Below, one piece after another: positions 1-8,699 of a stretch of 64,000 nt of DNA (positions within the stretch are counted from its first letter, which is position 1; each line of letters begins with the position of its first letter). The notes under the pieces were generated by a model. That model made no database searches, had not been told where the DNA came from, and worked only from the letters and a program-made list of their open reading frames with translations. The position numbers and the translations under genes are program-made. Location of the stretch: contig DATGID010000062.1 in assembly GCA_035307385.1 (NCBI GenBank), forward strand, positions 178,406-242,405, given 5' to 3'. The stretch is from Ktedonobacterales bacterium. Lineage in GTDB: Bacteria > Chloroflexota > Ktedonobacteria > Ktedonobacterales > DATBGS01.

Positions 1-217
1 GCCGGATTACTTCCGCAACGAAGACACGCCCACGCTTGAAGCCTTTGCGCGGCTCTTGACGCTGTGCATGCAGGATTTTTACGACTGGAACAGCGTCCAT
101 CTGGCGGCAGATGTCCCGCTGCACGAGCCTGATGTCACCCCTCCCTCGCTGCGCCACGAGTGGTAACCTCACAAGTGGTAAGATACAGAAAAAAGAGCGA
201 AAAGAGAGGGGACCGTT

Positions 218-1057
218 GTGGCCTTTCTGGAAAAACTGTTGGCCGCCTCGCGGCGCAACCACAGCCTGATCTGCATCGGGCTGGACCCTGAACCCGAGCG
301 CCTGCCCGCGCATCTACGCGACCAACCCGACGCCATCCTGGCCTTCAACCGCGCCATCATCAAAGCCACCGCCGATCTCGTTTGCGCGTACAAACCCAAC
401 CTCGCTTTTTATGAGCGCCTGGGACCGGCGGGGCTGAGCATCCTGCAAGAGACGCTGGGGTTCATTCCCAACCATATCCCCACGATTGGCGACGCCAAAC
501 GCGGCGACACCGACAACACCGCGCGCCAGTATGCGCGGGCGCTTTTTGAAATCTACGGATTCGATGCTGTCACCGTCAATCCTTATCTGGGATACGACAG
601 CTTGCGGCCATTTCTGGAGTATCAAGAGAAGGGCATTCTTATTGTCTGCCGCACGTCGAACCCCGGCGCGCGCGACCTGCAAGATATACTGGTCAGCCAG
701 GAAGAGGGCCAGCCCGCGCCGCTTTACGAATATGTGGCACGGCAGGTGCTGAAGTGGAATACAGCGGGCAATGCCGGGCTGGTCGTCGGGGCCACCTATC
801 CGGAGGAGTTGCAGCGCCTGCGCCAGATCGCGCCCGAACTACCTATCCTGGTTCCTGGCGTTGGCGCGCAGGGTGGTGACCTGGCCTCGGCAGCGCGGTA
901 TGGCACCGACGCAGCGGGCGAGCGCGCCATCATCTCGGCCTCGCGCGCGGTCATCTTTGCCAGCGCTGGCCGCGACTTCGCTGAGCAGGCCGCGTATGTC
1001 GCGAGCACGCTGCGCGATACCGCCAATCAGGCGCGGCCCGCTTCGCAGGGAAGCTAG
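218..1057 (+). CDS. pyrF: orotidine 5'-phosphate decarboxylase (type 2 / long form)
   Basis: 279 aa. The N-terminal LICIGLDPE motif and the DAKRGD (Lys-Asp) catalytic motif are typical of family-2 OMP decarboxylases. GTG start. Confidence 0.85.
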   Translation: MAFLEKLLAASRRNHSLICIGLDPEPERLPAHLRDQPDAILAFNRAIIKATADLVCAYKPNLAFYERLGPAGLSILQETLGFIPNHIPTIGDAKRGDTDNTARQYARALFEIYGFDAVTVNPYLGYDSLRPFLEYQEKGILIVCRTSNPGARDLQDILVSQEEGQPAPLYEYVARQVLKWNTAGNAGLVVGATYPEELQRLRQIAPELPILVPGVGAQGGDLASAARYGTDAAGERAIISASRAVIFASAGRDFAEQAAYVASTLRDTANQARPASQGS

Positions 1058-1083
1058 CCTATATAAAATCGCTCAGCTTGCTC

Positions 1084-1113
1084 TTACGAAGAGATGCTTT
1101 TGCGTGCTATAAT
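1084..1113 (+). promoter_or_regulatory. candidate sigma70-type promoter upstream of rsfS: perfect TATAAT -10 with a weak -35 TTACGA, 18-nt spacer
   Basis: TATAAT at 1108-1113 and TTACGA at 1084-1089, about 38 nt upstream of the rsfS ATG. Confidence 0.25.
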
Positions 1114-1150
1114 GCGTAAGAAGTCAGCAGCGTGAGAGCAATCCTTCTGG

Positions 1151-1537
1151 ATGGAGCGAAGATTGGTCCAAATCAGTGTAGAGCAGCGCCAGCTAGAACC
1201 GGCGCAGATAGCCAGACTTGCTGTGGATGTCGCCTCCGATAAAAAAGCGACGGATATCGTGCTTCTGGATATGCAAGGCGTTTCCTCCATCGCCGATTAC
1301 TTTGTAATCTGCACAGGAGCGAACCCGCGCCAGATTCGCGCCATCGCGTCGGCTATCGATGAAAAACTCAGCGAAATGGGTGTGCCCACCTACCATCGCG
1401 AAGGCGCGCCCGATTCGGGATGGCTCTTGCTGGACTACGGCGATAGTATTGTCCATATCTTTGGCCCCAAAGAGCGCGAATACTATCGCCTGGAGCGCCT
1501 CTGGAGCAACGCCAAGACGGTAATCTACCTGCAATAA
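1151..1537 (+). CDS. rsfS: ribosome silencing factor RsfS (Iojap family)
   Basis: 128 aa. DKKA.DIVLLDM....ADYFVICTG and the conserved ..HIFG...REYY..E.LW motifs are typical of RsfS/Iojap. Confidence 0.85.
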   Translation: MERRLVQISVEQRQLEPAQIARLAVDVASDKKATDIVLLDMQGVSSIADYFVICTGANPRQIRAIASAIDEKLSEMGVPTYHREGAPDSGWLLLDYGDSIVHIFGPKEREYYRLERLWSNAKTVIYLQ

Positions 1538-1564
1538 ATCTGGCAGAGGGAAGGTGCAACGGCG

Positions 1565-1750
1565 ATGTCGACGTTACGCAATCGGTTCTTTGTTGAAGGC
1601 GTGGTGCTGGGTGGTCTGTGTGGCCTGGTCCTCGGCACCATCATCGCTGTTCAGGTCGGCAACGAAGGCGCCACCACTGCTCGTCGCCTCGCCAATCGCT
1701 TGATTTTCCGCCAACCACAGCAGGTTCGCGCGGAGTTGCTCTTGCAATAA
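1565..1750 (+). CDS. hypothetical small membrane protein (61 aa, one predicted TM helix)
   Basis: ORF with a hydrophobic core (GVVLGGLCGLVLGTIIAV). I recognise no family. Confidence 0.3.
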   Translation: MSTLRNRFFVEGVVLGGLCGLVLGTIIAVQVGNEGATTARRLANRLIFRQPQQVRAELLLQ

Positions 1751-1774
1751 TCAGTTCGGTAGACCATCGCTTGT

Positions 1775-1802
1775 TTGCATAGAGCAGGCGGTATGCTATA
1801 GT
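1775..1802 (+). promoter_or_regulatory. candidate sigma70-type promoter (TTGCAT - 16 nt - TATAGT)
   Basis: TTGCAT at 1775-1780 and TATAGT at 1797-1802, about 70 nt upstream of the LTD-protein start. Confidence 0.35.
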
Positions 1803-1870
1803 GCGCGCAGAGAAATTGTCGCGCCAGGCTAGAGCATGCCACCGGCGCAGAAAGCGATGGTCGTTGTGTT

Positions 1871-2854
1871 ATGGATGCCTTGCCCTCGGCTGCCCGCTCG
1901 CCCCATATCCACAGGCTGCGCCACTCCCTACATCTCGCTTCGACGTTCCACCCACAAGCGTGCGCGCGGCTGGCCTGCGCGTTCAGCGCGCTCCTGTTGA
2001 TGGTTCTTGCGGGCAGCGCGCTGCTCATCTTTTCGGCAGGCAGCCAGGCAACACATGCCCTGGCTGCCACCACCTGCCCCATTAGCAATCTGCCGCCCAC
2101 ACCCACGTCAGGGGGTCCGCTCGATGCCAGCAGCATCAAATTAAACGAAGTGCTGACCAATCCGAAGAAAGACTGGAACTGCGACGGCAAGACCGGCCTG
2201 GACGATCAATGGATTGAACTGGTCAATACCAGCGGCAACGACGAGAGCCTGTTCGGCCTGCAACTGGGGAACCAGAACCAGATTGTTCTGCTCAACTCCA
2301 CCTATCGCATCGCGGCGCATGGCTACCTGGTCATCTTTAGTAATCAAATTCCCACGATTTCTTTATCACAAAGCTATGGTCAACTGAAGCTGCTTGATAG
2401 CAACGGCGCCAGCGTCGACAGCATCAACTACCCTCCGCTGGGCATCGACCAATCCTATGCCCGCAGCCCCGACGGCACAGGTCAGTGGCAGACGACCACC
2501 ACGCCCACGCCTGGCGCCGCGAATATCATTTCGATTGGCGCCCCGGTTACCCCGAAAGCCACAGCCACCAAGCGCTCGGGAGGCAGCGGAGGTGGTGGCG
2601 GAGGTGGCGGCGCGCCAGCAGCCACGCCAACACCCTTTGGCAGCGTCTTCATCCCCACCAATACCCCCAGCGAGGGCGTGGCCCTCCAGAACACCGGAGG
2701 CAGCCCATCAGACAGCCCCGGAAGCGGCACCACCCAGGGCGGCGTGCCAGACTGGCTGAAAATCGCGCTCATCGCCGCCATCGGGGTCGCGCTGTTGGGG
2801 GTCGCCATCTGGTATTGGCGCACCTGGAGCCAGGAACCGGGGGGCGACGGCTAG
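1871..2854 (+). CDS. secreted, membrane-anchored lamin-tail-domain (LTD) protein with a Gly-run and Pro/Thr-rich linker
   Basis: The LTD signature LNEVLTNP..DWNCDGK...DQWIELVN...AHGYLVIF is present. The protein has an N-terminal hydrophobic signal/anchor, a GGSGGGGGGGG run, a PT-rich segment and a C-terminal TM helix (LIAAIGVALLGVAIWYW). The true start may be internal. Confidence 0.7.
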   Translation: MDALPSAARSPHIHRLRHSLHLASTFHPQACARLACAFSALLLMVLAGSALLIFSAGSQATHALAATTCPISNLPPTPTSGGPLDASSIKLNEVLTNPKKDWNCDGKTGLDDQWIELVNTSGNDESLFGLQLGNQNQIVLLNSTYRIAAHGYLVIFSNQIPTISLSQSYGQLKLLDSNGASVDSINYPPLGIDQSYARSPDGTGQWQTTTTPTPGAANIISIGAPVTPKATATKRSGGSGGGGGGGGAPAATPTPFGSVFIPTNTPSEGVALQNTGGSPSDSPGSGTTQGGVPDWLKIALIAAIGVALLGVAIWYWRTWSQEPGGDG

Positions 2855-2883
2855 CCCAGCTATCCTGAGCGAAAGCAGAAACC

Positions 2884-2912
2884 TTGCGGAATCTGAGCAT
2901 TATGCTTATAAT
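2884..2912 (+). promoter_or_regulatory. candidate sigma70-type promoter (TTGCGG - 17 nt - TATAAT)
   Basis: TTGCGG at 2884-2889 and TATAAT at 2907-2912, upstream of the htrA-like gene. Confidence 0.35.
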
Positions 2913-2989
2913 ACTCTTTATAAGAAGTATGAGCGTAGTATGCTCACAGCTTCTTTTTTCCTGGCGCGCTGGAGCGCAGAGCGCCAGTT

Positions 2990-4045
2990 ATGTCTTCACC
3001 GCCTGATCGCCCGCCCATTACCGTGGCTCCTGGCACGCGAGAGCGCGCGAAGCGGCAGAAAAGAGAGCATCAGGTGCCATTGATGAACAACAGAGAAACT
3101 GATACCGACGCGCTGGACGCCTATTCGCGGGCAGTCACCACCGCTGCCGAGCGAGTGGGGCCAGCCGTAGTTCGCATTGATACAGACCGTGGTCAGCCAC
3201 GCCTGCGCGGCTGGCCGCCGCGCCCTGAAGGCGGCCAGGGACTTGGCTCGGGCGTCATCTTCGCCTCAGATGGACAGGTGCTCACCAACGCCCACGTCGT
3301 CGATGGGGCGCAGCGCATTCAGGTGACGCTGGCCGACGGGCGCAAATTCGCTGCCGGACTGCTGGGCATCGAAAAAGATCAAGACCTGGCTGTCTTGCGC
3401 ATCGGCGCGCAGCATCTGCCAGTGGCCGAGCTTGGCCGCAACCCGCTGCGCGTGGGGCAGTTGGTCATTGCCATTGGCAATCCCTATGGCCTGGGCTGGA
3501 CCGTCACCGCAGGCGTGGTCAGCGCGCTGGACCGCGAGTTGCCCGCCCCCAATGGGCATAAACTGACCAAATTGATTCAGAGCGACACCCCGATCAACCC
3601 CGGCAACTCTGGCGGACCGCTGGTCGATAGCCAGAACCATGTCGTCGGCATTACAACGGCGATGGTCCCTTACGGCCAGGGGCTTGGCTTTTCTATTTCG
3701 CTGGAAACGATCAAAGATTTCCTGGGGCGGGTTCAACGCGTTCACGAGCCGCGCCAGGGTATTTCAATTGGCGTGGGGGGGATGAAAACCGAAATCGAAG
3801 AGCGAATGATCCGGCAGTTGCAGTTGCCCCAGCGCAACGGCATGCTGCTGCTGGAAGTGCGTTCTGATGGCCCGGCTGCGCAGGGCGGCCTGCGCATGCT
3901 GGATATCATCATCGCCGCCGATAATCAGCCAGTGCTGGAGCCAAGAGACCTGCAACGGATTGTCGCGCGCCACCGGCGCGGCGACACCTTGACAGTGACT
4001 TTCCTGCGCGAAGAGCGTCAGCGGCGCGTCACCCTCAAGCTCTGA
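2990..4045 (+). CDS. trypsin-like serine protease of the HtrA/DegP family (S1C) with a C-terminal PDZ domain
   Basis: The catalytic triad context is present: TNAHVV (His), DLAVLRI (Asp) and GNSGGPLVD (Ser). The C-terminal region is PDZ-like. An alternative start lies at the ATG at 3083. Confidence 0.8.
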   Translation: MSSPPDRPPITVAPGTRERAKRQKREHQVPLMNNRETDTDALDAYSRAVTTAAERVGPAVVRIDTDRGQPRLRGWPPRPEGGQGLGSGVIFASDGQVLTNAHVVDGAQRIQVTLADGRKFAAGLLGIEKDQDLAVLRIGAQHLPVAELGRNPLRVGQLVIAIGNPYGLGWTVTAGVVSALDRELPAPNGHKLTKLIQSDTPINPGNSGGPLVDSQNHVVGITTAMVPYGQGLGFSISLETIKDFLGRVQRVHEPRQGISIGVGGMKTEIEERMIRQLQLPQRNGMLLLEVRSDGPAAQGGLRMLDIIIAADNQPVLEPRDLQRIVARHRRGDTLTVTFLREERQRRVTLKL

Positions 4046-4078
4046 GCCGCCAGTGCCGCCCTCAGAGCAGAGGACATG

Positions 4079-4133
4079 CAGAGAGAGAGGAAGGGCCAGC
4101 GGGATGCATCCCGCTGGCCCTTCCTCTCTCTCT
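4079..4133. terminator. long perfect GC-rich hairpin (about 23-bp stem) between convergent genes; putative bidirectional terminator
   Basis: GAGAGAGAGGAAGGGCCAGCGGG / loop ATGC-like / CCCGCTGGCCCTTCCTCTCTCTC. It lies between the htrA-like stop at 4045 and the stop of the minus-strand membrane gene at 4155. Confidence 0.5.
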
Positions 4134-4154
4134 GTACCATTCCAAGCGCTCGGC

Positions 4155-6047
4155 TTAATCTCCGATATTGGGAGCCAGGCCAACGCCGTTGGTCGCGGCT
4201 TCGGCGCGTGGCCGCCGGATGCGACCAACCACGCTGGAGAGCAGCGCGCCCGACCCGGCAAATGTCGTCAGGACAATGGCCGTCACCCAGGCGCCAATCA
4301 ACTGTTGATCGGCAGCCAGGGTATACGGGATGCCCTTGGGCAGCGTGGCGTCGCTGATGATGGTCTCAAACGGGTGAATAGCGAGGAACAGGAAGAAGCC
4401 CAGCGTAAAGAAGCTGAGCATGCCCCAGAAGCGCCGCCCGGACACCAGGGAGTTGGCAATCTCGAAGATCGAGCCGACCAGCACGAAGATCAGGCCCAGC
4501 GCATACATGGTCGTGCCAAACAGCAGCAGCCGTCCCTGGACGCCGTTGCCAAACTCCAGGCTGAACTGAATGCCGCTGATGACCAGCATGGTCATGCCCA
4601 GCGCCACCACCCAGAGCGAGAACTTGCGCAGCCCGGAGAGGCCATAGCGCCGCGACAACAAGATAAACTGAATCAGCGCCAGCCCGCCAAACACCAGCAG
4701 CGACCAGAACGCATCGTGCAGTTGATTTGGCCCGCCGCCAAAACTGATGCCCAGCGCCTCCGTCTCGAAGAACTCCTGGAAGGAGAAGAAGGCGAATCCA
4801 GCCAGATAGACCAGAATCACTGTGCCCAGCACCAGCCACTGCCCCGCGCATCCCAACTGCACCGCGGCCACCGAGGCATATTCATGGCGTGTTGAATAGG
4901 TCCAGACCATCGTCATCAACAGAATGGCCGTGCCGATGAAGAGGGCCACGCGCAGTTGATCGTCGGTGTGAATGACCACCGCCGCAAAGGCGCAGAGCAG
5001 GAAGCTCACCACCGTCGCCAGGATCACGGCCTGACGCTTGCCACGCCAGAAGTAGATCGCCGCCAGCCCGGCGGTGAAAAAGGCTCCATTGACCAGTGTC
5101 GCAATAATATAGCCGCTGTACTGTGTGAAGGTGCAAGTCGCGGGAATATCGGTCTTGACTGCGCAGACGGTCAGGAAGTTGGTGCCATCCCAGCCATGAA
5201 TCCAATAGACCAGCGGGTAGGCTATCAGGAACAGCACCAGGAAGGCGACAAACATCGGCAGCAGGCCAAAGAAGACGATCAGATAAGCGGCAGGCATATA
5301 GCGCCGTCGCTCCGCGATCATCACCGGCAAAAACCAGATTTGCACCGCCCCAAAGGCCAGCAGCAGCGCGATGCCCAGAAAGATATTCCCGATTAGCTGC
5401 GCCGGGCCAGTGGACAGTCCTAGAATGTTGTCGCCCTGGAAGGTATAGAGCACCACATAGATCGCCATGAAGATGGCGGCAATAATGGCCGCGCCCCAGG
5501 CCAGGAAATCGCGCGCCGGGCCGGTCAGCCCTTTGTTGAAGCCAGCCCAGGCCAGCAGCGCATAAACCAGCACGCCAAACCCCGTGCCCAGCACGATCAT
5601 GCTCACCGCCTCCAGGTCGATGCTCTGCGCCTGGAGCCAGATGGAGCCAAAGAGCGTGCCCCCCGTGCCAGCGGGGAAATCAGGGGTATCGGGCAGATAT
5701 TGATGGCCGGTCACATAGACCAGAATCAAGCCAGCCAGCCCCACCACAAAAAGGACCGCGCCAAACCCGGCCACCAGGAAGGGCGGGATGACGGGCTTGG
5801 GGTCAAAGAGAAACAGGACCGTCATCAGCAGAATCGCCAGCCCCAGCGAGACCAGCGACACGTCCAGCATGCCCTGTTCAAATTTGGTCAGCCGCGCTCC
5901 CGTGAACACCGTATAGACATACCCAGGAAACTGGTTCATTAAAATCATAGAGACAAAAAAGAGACCAGCCGCCAGGATAATTGCCCGCGCCCAGGACATC
6001 CGCTGCTCCGGCTGATCCTGTGTTCGTATTTGCTGCATGGATCGCAA
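4155..6047 (-). CDS. large polytopic integral membrane protein (630 aa, about 16 predicted TM helices), function unknown
   Basis: A continuous 630-aa ORF that is strongly hydrophobic with regularly spaced helices. I can assign no family from the sequence. Confidence 0.6.
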   Translation of the reverse strand: MRSMQQIRTQDQPEQRMSWARAIILAAGLFFVSMILMNQFPGYVYTVFTGARLTKFEQGMLDVSLVSLGLAILLMTVLFLFDPKPVIPPFLVAGFGAVLFVVGLAGLILVYVTGHQYLPDTPDFPAGTGGTLFGSIWLQAQSIDLEAVSMIVLGTGFGVLVYALLAWAGFNKGLTGPARDFLAWGAAIIAAIFMAIYVVLYTFQGDNILGLSTGPAQLIGNIFLGIALLLAFGAVQIWFLPVMIAERRRYMPAAYLIVFFGLLPMFVAFLVLFLIAYPLVYWIHGWDGTNFLTVCAVKTDIPATCTFTQYSGYIIATLVNGAFFTAGLAAIYFWRGKRQAVILATVVSFLLCAFAAVVIHTDDQLRVALFIGTAILLMTMVWTYSTRHEYASVAAVQLGCAGQWLVLGTVILVYLAGFAFFSFQEFFETEALGISFGGGPNQLHDAFWSLLVFGGLALIQFILLSRRYGLSGLRKFSLWVVALGMTMLVISGIQFSLEFGNGVQGRLLLFGTTMYALGLIFVLVGSIFEIANSLVSGRRFWGMLSFFTLGFFLFLAIHPFETIISDATLPKGIPYTLAADQQLIGAWVTAIVLTTFAGSGALLSSVVGRIRRPRAEAATNGVGLAPNIGD

Positions 6048-6188
6048 TCCCTTTCCAGCGTGTGCTGCGGCCCATAACGGGCGAAATGATGACCTGAAAG
6101 ATGAGCAAGGCCGAGCGGCAGGCCTGGTGTCTCACCTGCCGCCCGGAATAGGTTACACACGCGGGGCTATCCCTACCAGGCTGCATCG

Positions 6189-7256
6189 CTACACAACGAC
6201 GATCTCACCGATCATCGTCGGGTGGAGGGTGCAGTAATAATAATAGGTGCCAGGCGTATTAAAGGTGAAACTAAAGACACTGCTCGCCCCGGCATTATCA
6301 GGAGCCAGGATGGCGTTATTCTTCCCGCGGGAATCAAACTTCCCATCTGGCGTGTCCTGGCCGCTGGTGACCGTGTGCGGCGCGCCCGAAACATTGGTCC
6401 AGGTGATCGTTGTGCCCTTCGAAATCTTGATATTGGTGAACTGGAAGTCATAGCCCGACGTGTTCTTCGTCGAGTTGACGATCTGCATCGCAATCTGGTT
6501 CTTACCCGTCATATCGACCTGAGGACCATACGTGCTCGGGTGGCCCTTGTACTGGTTGTACGCGTCTTTCTGGGCCTGGGTCGTCAGTTGCCCAAAGACA
6601 TAGGTAAACCCGTTGGTCATATCGTTGATGTGGTTGGTCTTCAGGTAGGTGGGGTCGGCGGAACGAATCAGCGCCACCAGATAGCTAATGTCATCCGAAG
6701 TCAGCGGCCCACCATACAACTCGCTCCAGGCAGGCATTGCCAGCCCCTGGTTCGTCAGATTGTTGGCATTGGCAGGCACACCCGCGGAAATGATGCGGGT
6801 AATGTCATCATCCGTCAGGTTATTCACGTTGGGGCTATTTGGATTGGCGCTGGGGCCGGTGTTCAAGATTGGGGCAGAATACCCCTGGCCGGTGGACCCA
6901 TGACACTGGAGACAGTACGTACCGAAGAGCGCGGCCCCACGCTTCAAGTTCAGTTCATAGGTATCGGCTGTGAAACTGGCCTGACTGGCGTTCTGCCCGA
7001 GCCAGAAAAGCGGAATAAAGAGCGCCAGCAGCACCACGCCCAGCAGCGCGGCATAGCCGGTCTTCTGGACGGAATTGAGGCGTCCAAAGAAAATATAGAG
7101 CAGCGCCAGGGTAAAGATGACTGCGGCGATGAGGCCAGCGGCCACACCCCACGAGACGACCCCTGTCACGGCCAGCACCACCATCAACACCAGCGTTGCC
7201 GTGATGACGGCCAGGCCCCAAAGCCCCGCGCTACGTCGACTCATCTCCATACACAT
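6189..7256 (-). CDS. membrane-anchored monoheme cytochrome c fused to an amicyanin-like type-1 copper (cupredoxin) domain; putative fourth subunit of the bc complex
   Basis: Two N-terminal TM helices. The CLQCHG heme-c binding motif is present. The C-terminal cupredoxin has the ligands H (APHTV), C-x2-H-x2-M (YYCTLHPTM), which is near-identical to the amicyanin YHCTPHPFM motif. Confidence 0.8.
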   Translation of the reverse strand: MCMEMSRRSAGLWGLAVITATLVLMVVLAVTGVVSWGVAAGLIAAVIFTLALLYIFFGRLNSVQKTGYAALLGVVLLALFIPLFWLGQNASQASFTADTYELNLKRGAALFGTYCLQCHGSTGQGYSAPILNTGPSANPNSPNVNNLTDDDITRIISAGVPANANNLTNQGLAMPAWSELYGGPLTSDDISYLVALIRSADPTYLKTNHINDMTNGFTYVFGQLTTQAQKDAYNQYKGHPSTYGPQVDMTGKNQIAMQIVNSTKNTSGYDFQFTNIKISKGTTITWTNVSGAPHTVTSGQDTPDGKFDSRGKNNAILAPDNAGASSVFSFTFNTPGTYYYYCTLHPTMIGEIVVV

Positions 7257-7275
7257 ACTTCCTTACTTGCGGCTG

Positions 7276-7977
7276 CTATACCGAACATGCCGTGCCGTCG
7301 GTTGAAATCAGCCGGGTCTGTGTGTCTGGTCGTTCCACCGCGTTATTGATCTTGCCCGTATCGACCACCAGATCATTGCCCTGGAAGGTGAGGGTAAAGC
7401 GGTCCAGACTGCGCGGCGCCGGGCCATCCAGATATTCACCATCAACGTTATAGTGCGAGCCATGGCATGGGCACTTAAAGCTGTGGCAGTCATCACGGAA
7501 AGGCACTTTGCAGCCCAGGTGCACACACTTCTGATACAGCGCAATCCAGTAGGTACCGTCGCTGTCCTTCACCCAGGACTCCGCGTCAAGCTGGTTGCCC
7601 AACACGGTGCCATTCAGCAGAAAGCTGGTATCAGCAGTCAGGTGAACAATATATGCCTTGGCCGCAGCCACATAAAAGATGCCCTGCGAGTCGATCTGGG
7701 CCTCGTGGAACGCCGACGCCTTGAACTGACTCTTCGCGCCAATATCAATCGGCGAGCCAAATTGCCCCGACAGATTGGGATAGAACATTGCCAGCGATCC
7801 GGCAGTGGCCTCCGCACCAAACAGAGCCAGCACTCCACCCACCGCCCGGCGCAACACCTGCCGCCGCGAGAGGCCCCGGCGAGCCATTTCTGCCGCTTCA
7901 GCCCCGCCGCCGGTTTCCACCTCATATTGTTGCGGAAGCAGCGGCTCATCTGGCTTCTTCGGTGTCTCAATACTCAT
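7276..7977 (-). CDS. petC: Rieske [2Fe-2S] iron-sulfur subunit of a cytochrome b6f/bc-type complex
   Basis: Box I CVHLGC and box II CPCHGS are present. The N-terminus has a Tat-type SRRQVLRR motif followed by a hydrophobic anchor. Confidence 0.85.
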   Translation of the reverse strand: MSIETPKKPDEPLLPQQYEVETGGGAEAAEMARRGLSRRQVLRRAVGGVLALFGAEATAGSLAMFYPNLSGQFGSPIDIGAKSQFKASAFHEAQIDSQGIFYVAAAKAYIVHLTADTSFLLNGTVLGNQLDAESWVKDSDGTYWIALYQKCVHLGCKVPFRDDCHSFKCPCHGSHYNVDGEYLDGPAPRSLDRFTLTFQGNDLVVDTGKINNAVERPDTQTRLISTDGTACSV

Positions 7978-8025
7978 AAACTGTGGACCTCCACGTTTTG
8001 GTTCAAAGATTCACAAGAGACGGAA

Positions 8026-8556
8026 CTAGAGATCGAAGTAAAGTCCCTGCCAGGGCCAGGTCCACACCCATCCAGGGCCGCGGAAGAAGCTGCCCATCAA
8101 CGTGATCAGCGCGTAGAATACCGCAAAAATGGAAAAGAGCGTAATGGAAAGCTTGCGATCTGCAAAGGCGCGGCTGGGGTTGCGGTCCACATACGGGATG
8201 GCCGCCAGGCCCACCAGCGTCAGGCCAGGAATCAACACGCCCGCAATCGTCGGCGGGAAATAGTGGAGCAACTCTTGCAGGCCCAGGAAGTACCAGGGGG
8301 CCTTTGCCGGGTTCGGTGTCAGGTTCGGGTTAGCGTGATCGCGCAGCGGCGCGTTGATCTGCAACGCCAGGATGGTGAGGATGCCGGTCATAAAGACCGC
8401 CGCCATAAACTCGCGCACCAGGAGATGCGGCCACACGAAGACAGAGTCTTCGAGCTGCTTCTCAATGCGCGTCACCGCCTCCTGCTTCACCACAGCCAGC
8501 GTGCGATAGCGCTTATGCTGAATCTGTTGAATTGGTGGCTCTTGGACTGTTGCCAT
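8026..8556 (-). CDS. petD: cytochrome bc complex subunit IV (the C-terminal half of a split cytochrome b, PetD-like)
   Basis: 176 aa with three TM helices. The PWYFL motif (PEWY-like) is characteristic of the cytochrome b C-terminal domain / subunit IV. Confidence 0.8.
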   Translation of the reverse strand: MATVQEPPIQQIQHKRYRTLAVVKQEAVTRIEKQLEDSVFVWPHLLVREFMAAVFMTGILTILALQINAPLRDHANPNLTPNPAKAPWYFLGLQELLHYFPPTIAGVLIPGLTLVGLAAIPYVDRNPSRAFADRKLSITLFSIFAVFYALITLMGSFFRGPGWVWTWPWQGLYFDL

Positions 8557-8699
8557 TTCTCGAATCCTCCCTCAGAAACTGCCAGGCATCAGGGCCAGCG
8601 CAGCTATCATCTCTTTTCACCGGTTTCGGGAAGCGCTGCCGCACATCGAATGCCAACGCCTCCCGATTTCCTGATGATACCCGCGCCTGCCGCTGCCTC

